Part shown: positions 51,291 to 64,000 of the stretch, piece by piece | Layout of the letters: each line of letters starts with the position of its first letter | How positions within the stretch are numbered: position 1 is the stretch's first letter | Assembly: GCA_030390025.1 (NCBI GenBank) | Contig: CM059433.1 | Coordinates: 29,142,001 to 29,206,000 of the forward strand | Source: Squalus acanthias | Taxonomy: Eukaryota | Reading direction: 5' to 3' | Length of the DNA stretch: 64,000 nt | The notes under the pieces: model-generated | The model's input: only the letters and a program-made list of their open reading frames with translations | What the model was told of the DNA's origin: nothing | The model's database searches: none | Made by a program: the position numbers and the translations under genes

Positions 51291-53086
51291 CTACTTTTTG
51301 CCCTTCGAGGGTGATCTCCTTCCCTTGCGCACTTCCCCCATTCTAACCCTACTGCTCCTCCGTAATGGGACCTCAGTGGCTGCAGCAAGGCTGGTGGAAG
51401 GCTGCTGATTGTCAGACCCTGACACTGCAGATGCCCCTGAAGGACGGCCTCGACCAGTTCTGGGCCTGGAGGGCCCGGCTGCAGACTGCACCAACTCTGC
51501 ATGGGCGGCAGCAGTCTGTCCTACAGGCGGTGGCAAGTGCAGTGGAGAAGTGACAGTGTTGGCAGCAGGAATGCTGTCATCGTGAGAGAGGACAGCAACT
51601 CCCTGCTCGACCGACACACTGGCACTCCCACGGGGCAGCACTTCAGCATCCGGAGCAATCTGCTGGAGCACAGATTGCTGGCCTGCTGCGGCGCGGTGAG
51701 AGCCCCGGGGACATGTGAACGAACCATCGAGGTTGGCAGCAGTCAGTGCTCGCGTGGCCTCAATCTGAGTCTGCATGAGAGCAGTCAGAGATGGGATCAC
51801 GGTAGTCAGTGACTGAATTGCAGCACTAAGCTTTAGTGTGGCATCCGCCTGTGCTACAGCGAAGTGCTCCACACTCCTTGCCAGTGACTCAATGCATTCG
51901 GGCACCCTTCCCACTGCACCCATGAGCTCAGTGTGCATGCCCACCGCCTGGGTGTTCATTTCTGCGATCAGCCGCTCCTCCTCTGGCATACTCTCCCTCT
52001 GGGGAGAAGGCCCCCGTTCTTCCCTACCCCCATGGCGTTGCTGCAGCCCGCTGGGTCCTGGAGCTTCACCCTCATCAGACCCTTCCCCCCTGCTCCCCTC
52101 CAGGGAAGGCGTGTTCCCAGTGTGGGCATGGGCTTCCTAGGGAGAGGGTGGCACTGATGCTCCGGCTTCCTCTTCCTCCTCGGCTACAGCTTCACTCCCA
52201 CTGGCAGCTTCAGGGCCCGTCTCCTCAGCTGGTGAATCACCATCTGAAAGCAGGGAGGTACAAGAGTGGCTTTAGCGTGAGGACAGGGTGGCAGTAAGGG
52301 AGGAATAAGTGCAGCGAGTTAGCAAGTTGGATTGAAAGTGTCAAAGGCTGGTGTTGTGAGGGACAAGTGGAAGGACAGAGGACAAAAAGGTGATGACCTT
52401 ACCATTGCTGTCCAGAACGGGGTCGGCGTCTCCAGTGGCGACGGGACCGATCACCCGGCTTGCCACAATCCTGTGGACGCGCTCCTCAAGATCGCTGAGG
52501 GGTTGCAGCTGAGGCCGCCCTCCACCTGACCGTTGCTGCTGTCTCCTATTATGCGCCAGCTTGGCCTGCAAGAAAAAGGACAGCATCTGAGTAAATATAC
52601 AGCCATGGTCTTGCCTGATGTGCCTCCCATAGGTGAATAGCCCTTACTGTATGCAGCCATGGTCTTGCCTGATGTGCCTCCCATAGGTGAATAGCCCTTA
52701 CTGTATGCAAAGTGTGGAATGTGTGTGTGTGTTTCATGAAAGGGCCATAGGTGTTGGATGAGTGTTGTGCATTGGGGTTTTAAGACCCTCTGGCCATAGA
52801 GTGAGGTTCAGATGGAGCGATGGTGAGGTATTGAGAAAAAGCCACTCACCCTGACGACCCGAGTGAGGTCGTTGAACTTTTTGCGGCATTGAACATGGGT
52901 CCTGGGCACCATGCTCCTGGAGGAGACGCTCTGAGCCACCTCCCTCCACACTCTTCTGTACTCGCGTGGCAAAGGCCTCCTGCCACTCTCAGGGAAGAGT
53001 ATAGATCTTCTGCGCTCCACCGCGCCAACCAGAGCATCCAAGGCCCGCTTGGTGAAGCGCTGAGCTCGTTCTCTCACCCTCTCCAT
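51291..53086 (-). pseudogene. Harbinger Myb/SANT-like protein gene, 3 exons (53086-52850, 52565-52403, 52243-51291), about 450 codons, one in-frame TAG
   Basis: GT-AG introns in phases 0 and 1 keep the frame. RAQRFT...W..VA..V...RTHVQCRKKFNDL trihelix motif, coiled-coil, basic C-terminus. The only lesion seen is TAG at 52139-52137. Confidence 0.88.
52600..52707. repeat. 54-bp tandem duplication in Myb-gene intron 1
   Basis: CAGCCATGGTCTTGCCTGATGTGCCTCCCATAGGTGAATAGCCCTTACTGTATG occurs twice. Confidence 0.9.
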
Positions 53087-53883
53087 CCTTGGCAGCAAAA
53101 TGGATTCACAGGTCTCTCCAGGCCGAGATTCAAGGCTGCAATGAGCAGGGTGTGGCTGGGGAGCAAGTTGGCCCCCCCCCCTTTAAGAACTGGCCGGCGC
53201 CAGTGTGTCTGTGTTCCCTCGCTAACTGGCAGCACCTGCGCTGCGCTCGCGAGCTGAGTTAGCGCCTCACTGCTCGGCCTTTGCGCCTTAAGACAGGTGT
53301 GCAGCGCCTGATTTAGCGCTCCACTCACCTCCCGGGGCGGTAAAAGTGAAGTTTCCAGTCAGTGGCGATAATTAGCGCCAGGTGCTAATTTTTGCGTCCA
53401 GACGATATTTGCGCCCCAAATGGGGCGCGACCTAATTTTTCCCCCATTCTGTCTTGAGGCTGTAAGTGTGTGGTGTTAACTCTATATCCACTGCCACCTG
53501 CATTGCTGGACGTAAAAGGCGATCTCACCCTTCACTGTGCCACCTCAAATTGTGAGTGCACATATGGCAACGATGTCAAACATTCATACCACATTAATTT
53601 ATTCCAACAGAATAAAAGAACAGACACTTAACATTGGAGCATCAGAAATGACGTGAGACCTAATTGTGAAATGGCCCCCTTAAATAAACGGCTGCAAACG
53701 CATCAGCACAGCAACTCAGCAGACCTGCACCTTGTGATCAGGGCGGGTAATGTACACAGCGGGCTTAACTAGACCAACTAACGTAAAATTGTGTCAGCAG
53801 GTTGGCTGGAGCCGACAGCAGGACCGGAACCCGCCGACTAACGTTCCCGATGCCAACCCGCCTCCAAGCAGAAAATCGTGGCC

Positions 53884-56800
53884 ATAGTTACAGTTATGAA
53901 TATATTACAGTTATCACTATATTTCAGTTATCACTATGTTACAGTTATCACTTTGTTACAGGTATCACTGTATTAGTTATCACTATATTAGTTATCACTA
54001 TATTACAGCTATAATTCTGTTACGGTTATCATTTTATTACAGTTATCAGTTTATTACAGTTATCACTATATTACAATTATCACTATGTTACAGTTATCAC
54101 TTTATTACAATTATCACTTTAGTTCAGATATCACTATATTACAGTTATCACTTAATTAAAGTCATCACTATATTAGTTATCACTATATTAGTTATCATTT
54201 TATTACAGTTATCATTTTATTACAGTTATCACTATGTTACAGTTATTACAGTTATCACTATGTTACAGTTATCACTATTTTACAGTTATTACAGTTATCA
54301 CTATATTACAGTTATCACCATATTACAGTTATCAATTTATTACAGTTATCACTATGTGACAGTTATCACTTTATTACAGTTATCACTATATTAGTTATCA
54401 CTATATTACAGTTATCACTATGTTAGAGTTATCAGTTTATTACAGGTATCACTATATTTCAGTTATCACTTTATTACAGCTATCACTATGTTACAGTTAT
54501 CACCTTATTACAGGTAACACTATATTACAGTAAGCACTACGCTACAGTTATCACTTTATTACAGTTATCACAATGCTACAGTTATCACTATATTACAGTT
54601 ATCACTATGTTACAGTTATCACCTTATTACAGTTATCACTATGTTACAGTTATCACTATGTTACAGTTATCACCTTATTAAAGTTATCACTATGCTACAG
54701 TTATCACCTTATTACAGTTATCACCATATTTCAGTTATCACTATGTTACAGTTATCACCTTATTACAGTTATCACCTTATTACAGTTAGCACTATATTAG
54801 TTATCACTATGTTATATTTATCACTTTATTAAAGGCATCACTATATTAGTTATCACTATATTACAGTTATAACTATATTACAGGTATCACTATATTACAG
54901 TTATCACTAGATTAGTTGTCAATATATTACTGTCATCACTATATTCGTTATCACTTTATTACAGTTATCAGTATATTACAGTTATCACTTCAGTACCGAT
55001 ATCACTATATTACTGTTATCATTTTATTAAAGTCATCACTATATTGGTTATCACTATATTAGTTATCATTATATTACAGTTATCACTATATTACAGTTAT
55101 CACTATGTTACAGTTATCACTATATTACAGTTAGCACTATGCTACAGTTATCACCTTATTACAGTTATCACTATATTACAGTTATCACTATGTTACAGTT
55201 ATCACCATGTGACAGTTATAACTATATTACAGGTATCACTATATTATAGTTATCACTAGATTAGTTGTCAATATATTACTGCCATCACTATATTCGTTAT
55301 CACTTTATTACAGTTATCACTATGTTATAGTTATCACTTTATTACAGTATTCACTATGCTACAGTTATCACCATATTACAGTTATCAGTATATTAGAGTT
55401 ATCACTATGTTACATTCATCACTTTATTACAGTTATCACAATATTACATTTATCACTATGTTACAGTTATCACTTTACTATAGTTATCACTATGTTAGAA
55501 TTATCACTATATTACAATTATCACTTTATTACAGTTATCACTATGTTACAGTTATCACCTTATTACAGTTATCACTATATTACAGTTAACACTATATTAC
55601 AGTTATCACCTTATTACAGTTATCACTATGTTAGAGTTATCACTATATTACAGTTATCACCTTATTACAGTTATCACTATGTTACAGTTATCACTTTATT
55701 ACAGTAAGCACTATGCTACAGTTATCACCTTATTTCAGTTAGCACTATGCTACAGTTATCACCTTATTACAGTTATCACTATATTACAGTTATCACTATG
55801 TTACAGTTATCACTTTATTACAGTTATCACTATGTTAGAGTTATCACTATATTACAGTAAGCACTATGCTACAGTTATCACCTTATTATAGTTATCACCT
55901 TATTACAGTTATCACTATATTAGTTGTCACTTTATTACAGTTATCACTATATTAGTTGTCACTTTATTACAGTTATCACTATGCTACAGTTACTTTATTA
56001 AAGCCATCATTTTATTACAGGTATCAGTATATTAGTTATCACTATATTACAGTTATCTCTATGTTACAGTTATCACCTTATTACAGTTATCACTATGTTA
56101 CAGTTATCACCTTATTACAGTTATCACTATATTACAGTTATCACTATGTTACAGTTATCAATTTATTACAGTTATCTCCATGTTACAGTTATCACTATGT
56201 TACAGTTATCACCTTATTACAGTTATCACTATATTACAGTTATCACTATGCTACAGTTATCACCATATTTCAGTTATCACTATGTTACAGTTATCACCTT
56301 ATTACAGTTATCACTATGTTACAGTTATCACCTTATTACAGTTATCACTAAGCTACAGTTATCACCTTATTACAGTTATCACTATGTTACAGTTATCACC
56401 TTATTACAGTTATCACCTTATTACAGTTATCACTATATTACAATTATCACTATGTTACAGTTATCACCTTATTACAGTTATCACCTTATTACAGTTATCA
56501 CTATGTTACAGTTATCACCTTATTACAGTTATCACCTTATTACAGTTATCACTATATTACAATTATCACTATGTTACAGTTATCACCTTATTACAGTTAT
56601 CACTATATTACAGTTATCACTATGTTACAGTTATCACCTTATTACAGTTATCACCTTATTACAGTTATCACTATATTACAGTTATCACTATGTTACAGTT
56701 ATCACCTTATTACAGTTATCACCTTATTACAGTTATCACTATATTACAGTTATCACTATGTTACAGTTATCACCTTATTACAGTTATCACCTTATTACAG

Positions 56801-59800
56801 TTATCACTATATTACAGTTATCACTATGTTACAGTTATCACCTTATTACAGTTATCACCTTATTACAGTTATCACTATATTACAGTTATCACTATGTTAC
56901 AGTTATCACCTTATTACAGTTATCACCTTATTACAGTTATCACTATGTTACAGTTATCACCTTATTACAGTTATCACCTTATTACAGTTATCACTATATT
57001 ACAATTATCACTATGTTACAGTCATCACCTTATTACAGTTATCACTATGTTACAGTTATCACCTTATTACAGTTATCACTATATTACAGTTATCACTATG
57101 TTACAGTTATCACCTTATTACAGTTATCACTATGTTACAGTTATCACCTTATTACAGTTATCACTATATTACAGTTATCACTATGTTACAGTTATCAACT
57201 TATTACAGTTATCACTATATTACAGTTATCACTATATTACAGTTATCACCTTATTACAGTTATCACTATATTACTGTTATCACTATGTTACAGTTATCAC
57301 CTTATTACAGTTATCACTATTTTACAGTTATCACCTTATTACAGTTATCACTGTTACAGTTATCACCTTATTACAGTTATCACTTTATTACAGATATCAC
57401 TATGCTACAGTTATCACCTTATTACAGTTATCACTATGCTACTGTTATCACCTTATTACAGTTATCACTATGCTACAGTTATCACCTTATTACAGTTATC
57501 ACTATGTTACAGTTATCACCTTATTACAGTTATCACTATATTACAGATATCACTATGCTACAGTTATCACCTTATTAAAGTTATCACTATGCTACAGTTA
57601 TCACCTTATTACAGTTAGCACTATGCTACAGTTATCACCTTATTACAGTTATCACTATGTTACAGTTATCACCTTATTACAGTTATAACTATATTACAGG
57701 TATCACTATATTACAGTTATCACTAGATTAGTTGTCAATATATTACTGTCATCACTATATTCGTTATCACTTTATTACAGTTATTACTTTATTACAGTTA
57801 TCACTATATTACAGTTATCACTTCAGTACCGATATCACTATATTACTGTTATCATTTTATTAAAGTCATCACTATATTGGTTATCACTATATTAGTTATC
57901 ACTATATTACAGTTATCACCTTATTACAGTTATCACTATGCTACAGTTATCACCTTATTACAGTTATCACTATATTAGTTATCACTATATTACAGTTATC
58001 ACTATATTAGTTATCAATTTATTACAGTTATCACCATGTGACAGTTATCACTTTATTACAGTTATCACTATATTAGTTATCACTATGTTATATTTATCAC
58101 TTTATTAAAGTCATCACTATATTCGTTATCACTATATTACAGTTATAACTATATTACAGGTATCACTATATTATAGTTATCACTAGATTAGTTGTCAATA
58201 TATTACTGTCATCACTATATTCGTTATCACTTTATTACAGTTGTCACTTTATTACAGTTATCACTATGTTACAGTTATCACTTTATTACAGTTATCACTT
58301 TATTACAGTATTCACTATGCTACAGTTATCACCATATTACAGTTATCAGTATATTAGAGTTATCACTATGTTACATTCATCACTTTATTACAGTTATCAC
58401 AATATTACATTTATCACTATGTTACAGTTATCACTTTACTATAGTTATCACTATGCTACAGTTATCACCTTATTACAGTTATCACTTTATTACAGTTATC
58501 ACTTTATTACAGTTATCACTATATTACAGTTATTACTTTATTACAGTTATCACTATGTTACAGTTTTAACTTTATTACAGTTATCACTATATTACAGTTA
58601 TCACTTTATTACAGTTATCACTATGTTACAGTTATCACTTTATTACAGTTATCACTTTTTTACAGTTATCACTATATTGCAGTTATCACTTTATATTGAT
58701 ATTACTATATTTCAGTTATCACTTTATTTCAGGTATCACTATATTTCAGTTATCACTTTATTAGAGTTATCACTATATTACAGTTATCACTATGTTACAG
58801 TTATCACTCTATTTCAGTTAACACTATATTACAATTTTCACTATATTACAATTATCATTTTATTACAGTTATCACAATATTACAGTTAGCACTTTATTTC
58901 AGTTATCACTATGTTACAGTTAACACTATATTACAGTTATCACTGTGTTACAGTTATCACTTTATTACAGTTATCACTATATTACAGTTAACACTTTATT
59001 ACAGTTATCACTATATTACAGTTAACACTATATTACAGTTATCACTATATTACAGTTAACACTATATTACAGTTATCACTTTATTACAGTTATCACTTTA
59101 TTACAGTTATCACTATGTTTCAGTTATCACTTTATATTGATATTACTATATTACAGTTATCACGTTATTACAGTTATCACTTTATTACAGTTATCACTAT
59201 GTTACAGTTATCACTTTATTACAGTTATCACTTTATTACAGTTATCACTATATTGCAGTTATCACTTTATTACAGTTATCACTTTATTACAGTTATCACT
59301 ATGTTACAGTTATCACTTTATTACAGTTATCACTTTATTACAGTTATCACTATGTTACAGTTATCACTTTATTACAGTTATCACTTTATTACAGTTATCA
59401 CTATGTTACAGTTATCACTTTATATTGATATTACTATATTACAGTTATCACTATATTACAGTTATTACTATGTTACAGTTATCACTTTATTACAGTTATC
59501 ACTTTATTTCAGTTAACACTATATTACAATTATCACTATATTACAATTATCATTTTATTACAGTTATCACAATATTACAGTTAGCACTTTATTACAGTTA
59601 TCACTATGTTAGAATTATCACTATATTACAATTATCACTTTATTACAGTTATCACTATGTTAGAATTATCACTATATTACAATTATCACTTTATTACAGT
59701 TATCACTATGTTACAGTTATCACTATATTACAGTTATCACTATGTTAGAATTATCACTATATTACAATTATCACTTTATTACAGTTATCACTATGTTAGA

Positions 59801-62800
59801 ATTATCACTATATTACAATTATCACTTTATTACAGTTATCACTATGTTAGAATTATCACTGTGTTACAGTTATCACTTTATTTCAGTTATCACTATGTTT
59901 CCATTATCACTATATTACAGTTATCACTTTGTTAGAATTATCACTATATTACAATTATCACTTTATTACAGTTATCACTATGTTAGAATTATCACTGTGT
60001 TACAATTATCACTTTATTACATTCATCACTATATTATAATTATCACTTTATTACAGTTATCACTATAGTATAATTATCACTTTATTACAGTTATCACTAT
60101 ATTACAGTTATCACTATATTACAGTTATCACTTTATTACAGTTATCACTATGTTACAGTTATCACTTTATTACAGTTATCACTTTATTACAGTTATCACT
60201 ATATTGCAGTTATCACTTTATTACAGTTATCACTATGTTACAGTTATCACTTTATATTGATATTACTATATTACAGTTATCACTTTATTACAGTTATCAC
60301 TTTATTACAGTTATCACTTTATTACAGTTATCACTATGTTAGAATTATCACTATATTACAATTATCACTTTATTACAGTTATCACTATGTTAGAATTATC
60401 ACTGTGTTACAATTATCACTCTATTACATTCATCACTATATTATAATTATCACTTTATTACAGTTATCACTTTATTACAGTTATCACTATATTACAGTTA
60501 TCACTTTATTACAGTTATCACTATATTACAGTTATCACTTTATTACAGTTATCATTATGTTACAGTTATCACTTTATTACAATTATCACTATATTACAGT
60601 TATCACTTTATTTCAGTTATCACTATATTACAGTTATCACAATATTACAGTTATCACTATGTTTCAATTATCACTTTATTACAGTTATCACTTTGTTAGA
60701 ATTATCACTATATTACAATTATCACTTTATTACAGTTATCACTATGTTACAGTTATCACTATGTTAGAATTATCACTGTGTTACAATTATCACTTTATTA
60801 CATTTATCACTATATTATAATTATCACTTTATTACAGTTATCACTATATTATAATTATCACTTTATTACAGTTATCACTATATTACAGTTATCACTTTAT
60901 TACAGTTATCACGATATTACAGTTATCACAATATTACAGTTAGCACTTTATTTCAGTTATCACTATGTTACAGTTATCACTTTATTACAGTTATCACTAT
61001 ATTGCAGTTATCACTTTATTACAGTTATCACTATGTTACAGTTATCACTTTATATTGATATTACTATATTACAGTTATCACTTTATTACAGTTATCACTT
61101 TATTACAGTTATCACTATGTTACAGTTATCACTTTATTACAGTTATCACTATATTACAGTTATCACTATGTTAGAATTATCACTATATTACAATCATCAC
61201 TTTATTACAGTTATCACTATGTTAGAATTATCACTGTGTTACAATTATCACTTTATTACATTCATCACTATATTATAATTATCACTTTATTACAGTTATC
61301 ACTGTAGTATAATTATCACTTTATTACAGTTATCACTATATTACAGTTATCACTTTATTGCAGTTATCACTATATTACAGTTATCACTATATTACAGTTA
61401 TCACTTTATTACAGTTATCACTATATTACAGTTATCACTTTATTACAGTTATCATTATGTTACAGTTATCACTTTATTACAATTATCACTATATTACAGT
61501 TATCACTTTATTTCAGTTATCACTATATTACAGTTATCACAATATTACAGTTATCACTATGTTTCAATTATCACTTTATTACAGTTATCACTATATTACA
61601 GTTATCACTATATTACAGTTATCACTATGTTTCCATTATCACTTTATTACAGTTATCACTTTGTTAGAATTATCACTATATTACAATTATCACTTTATTA
61701 CAGTTATCACTATGTTACAGTTATCACTATGTTAGAATTATCACTATATTACAATTATCACTTTATTACAGTTATCACTATATTACAGCTATCGCTTTAT
61801 TTCAGTTATCACTATATTACAGTTATCACAATATTACAGTTATCACTATGTTACAGTTATCACTATGTTTCCATTATCACTTTATTACAGTTATCACTTT
61901 GTTAGAATTATCACTATATTACAATTATCACTTTATTACAGTTATCACTATGTTACAGTTATCACTATATTACAGTTATCACTATGTTAGAATTATCACT
62001 ATATTACAATTATCACTTTATTACAGTTATCACTATGTTAGAATTATCACTGTGTTACAATTATCACTTTATTACATTTATCACTATATTATAATTATCA
62101 CTTTATTACAGTTATCACTATATTACAGTTATCACTTCATTACAGTTATCACGATATTACAGTTATCACTTTATTACAGTTATCACTATGTTACAGTTAT
62201 CACTTTATTACAGTTATCACTTTATTACAGTTATCACTATATTGCAGTTATCACTTTATTACAGTTATCACTATGTTACAGTTATCACTTTATATTGATA
62301 TTACTATATTACAGTTATCACTTTATTACAGTTATCACTTTATTACAGTTATCACTATGTTACAGTTATCACTTTATTACAGTTATCACTTTATTACAGT
62401 TATCACTATATTACAGTTATCACTATGTTACAGTTATCACTTTATATTGATATTACTATATTACAGTTATCACTATATTACAGTTATCACTTTATTACAG
62501 TTATCACTATATTACAGTTATCACTTTATTACAATTATCACTTTATTACAATTATCACTTTATTACAGTTATCATTATGTTACAGTTATCACTTTATTAC
62601 AGTTATCACTATATTACAGTTATCACTTTATTACAGTTATCATTATGTTACAGTTATCACTTTATTACAATTATCACTATATTACAGTTATCACTTTATT
62701 TCAGTTATCACTATATTACAGTTATCACAATATTACAGTTATCATTATGTTACAGTTATCACTTTATTACAATTATCACTATGTTTCAATTATCACTTTA

Positions 62801-64000
62801 TTTCAGTTAACACTATATTACAATTATCACTATATTACAATTATCATTTTATTACAGTTATCACAATATTACAGTTAGCACTTTATTACAGTTATCACTA
62901 TGTTAGAATTATCACTATATTACAATTATCACTTTATTACAGTTATCACTATGTTACAGTTATCACTATATTACAGTTATCACTATGTTAGAATTATCAC
63001 TATATTACAATTATCACTTTATTACAGTTATCACTATGTTAGAATTATCACTGTGTTACAATTATCACTTTATTACATTCATCACTATATTATAATTATC
63101 ACTTTATTACAGTTATCACTATAGTATAATTATCACTATATTACAGTTATCACTTTATTACAGTTATCACTTTATTACAGTTATCACTATGTTACAGTTA
63201 TCACTTTATTACAGTTATCACTATATTGCAGTTATCACTTTATTGCAGTTATCACTATGTTACAGTTATCACTTTATATTGATATTACTATATTACAGTT
63301 ATCACTTTATTACAGTTATCACTTTATTACAGTTATCACTATGTTACAGTTATCACTTTATTACAGTTATCACTATATTACAGTTATCACTATGTTAGAA
63401 TTATCACTATATTACAATTATCACTTTATTACAGTTATCACTATGTTACAGTTATCACTATATTACAGTTATCACTATGTTAGAATTATCACTATATTAC
63501 AATTATCACTTTATTACAGTTATCACTATGTTAGAATTATCACTGTGTTACAATTATCACTTTATTACATTCATCACTATATTATAATTATCACTTTATT
63601 ACAGTTATCACTGTAGTATAATTATCACTTTATTACAGTTATCACTATATTACAGTTATCACTTTATTGCAGTTATCACTATATTACAGTTATCACTTTA
63701 TTACAGTTATCACTTTATTACAGTTATCACTATATTACAGTTATCACTTTATTACAGTTATCATTATGTTACAGTTATCACTTTATTATAATTATCACTA
63801 TATTACAGTTATCACTTTATTTCAGTTATCACTATGTTTCCATTATCACTATATTACAGTTATCACTTTGTTAGAATTATCACTATATTACAATTATCAC
63901 TTTATTACAGTTATCACTATGTTAGAATTATCACTTTATTACAGTTATCACTATATTACAGTTATCACTTTATTACAGTTATCACTATATTACAGTTATC
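53884..64000 (+). repeat. 17-bp satellite array, over 10 kb, runs off the window
   Basis: Roughly 600 monomers TTACAGTTATCAC(TATA/TTTA/CTTA/TATG), with 15-bp deletion variants and recurring blocks of variants. Confidence 0.98.

Larger units (their letters stand above)
49305..53445 (+). mobile_element. Near-intact autonomous-type PIF/Harbinger transposon (4141 bp)
   Basis: TIRs GGGGGAAAAATT / AATTTTTCCCCC and TSD ATT (49302-49304, 53446-53448). Convergent transposase and Myb-like genes. Confidence 0.96.
48904..53883. mobile_element. Non-autonomous Harbinger (about 836 bp of its own sequence) hosting the nested element
   Basis: TIRs GGCCGCGATTTT / AAAATCGTGGCC. 48904-49304 plus 53446-53510 is colinear with 46494-46980. 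Flanks are TAT and ATA. Confidence 0.85.

Noticed and set aside
53936..63616. Long + strand ORFs (up to 507 aa) of LQLSLYYSYHYVTVIT repeats
   Set aside because: Artefact of a 17-bp monomer with no stops on this strand; the same peptide appears in all three frames.

Overview
Eukaryotic, almost entirely repeat-derived DNA, most likely from a cartilaginous fish. That call is inferred from tRNA/Deu-type SINEs, abundant CR1/L2 LINEs and a GPR139-like receptor remnant. No intact host gene was recognised. 1-11 kb is a pile of nested LINEs, including a full-length RTE/BovB-type element with an 11-bp TSD. There are several PIF/Harbinger DNA transposons. One (49305-53445) is nearly intact: an open transposase plus a convergent 3-exon Myb/SANT gene with a single stop codon. 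It is nested in a non-autonomous Harbinger, which sits in a 17-bp satellite running from about 46.2 kb off the right edge. Two related Harbingers entered that satellite at the same monomer position. Also present are three Penelope-like termini carrying minimal hammerhead ribozymes, a 1.7-kb solo LTR with a 4-bp TSD, a shattered Mutator-like transposase fossil and a 25-bp minisatellite. Family names come from remembered motifs, not database searches. Boundaries of old repeats are approximate.
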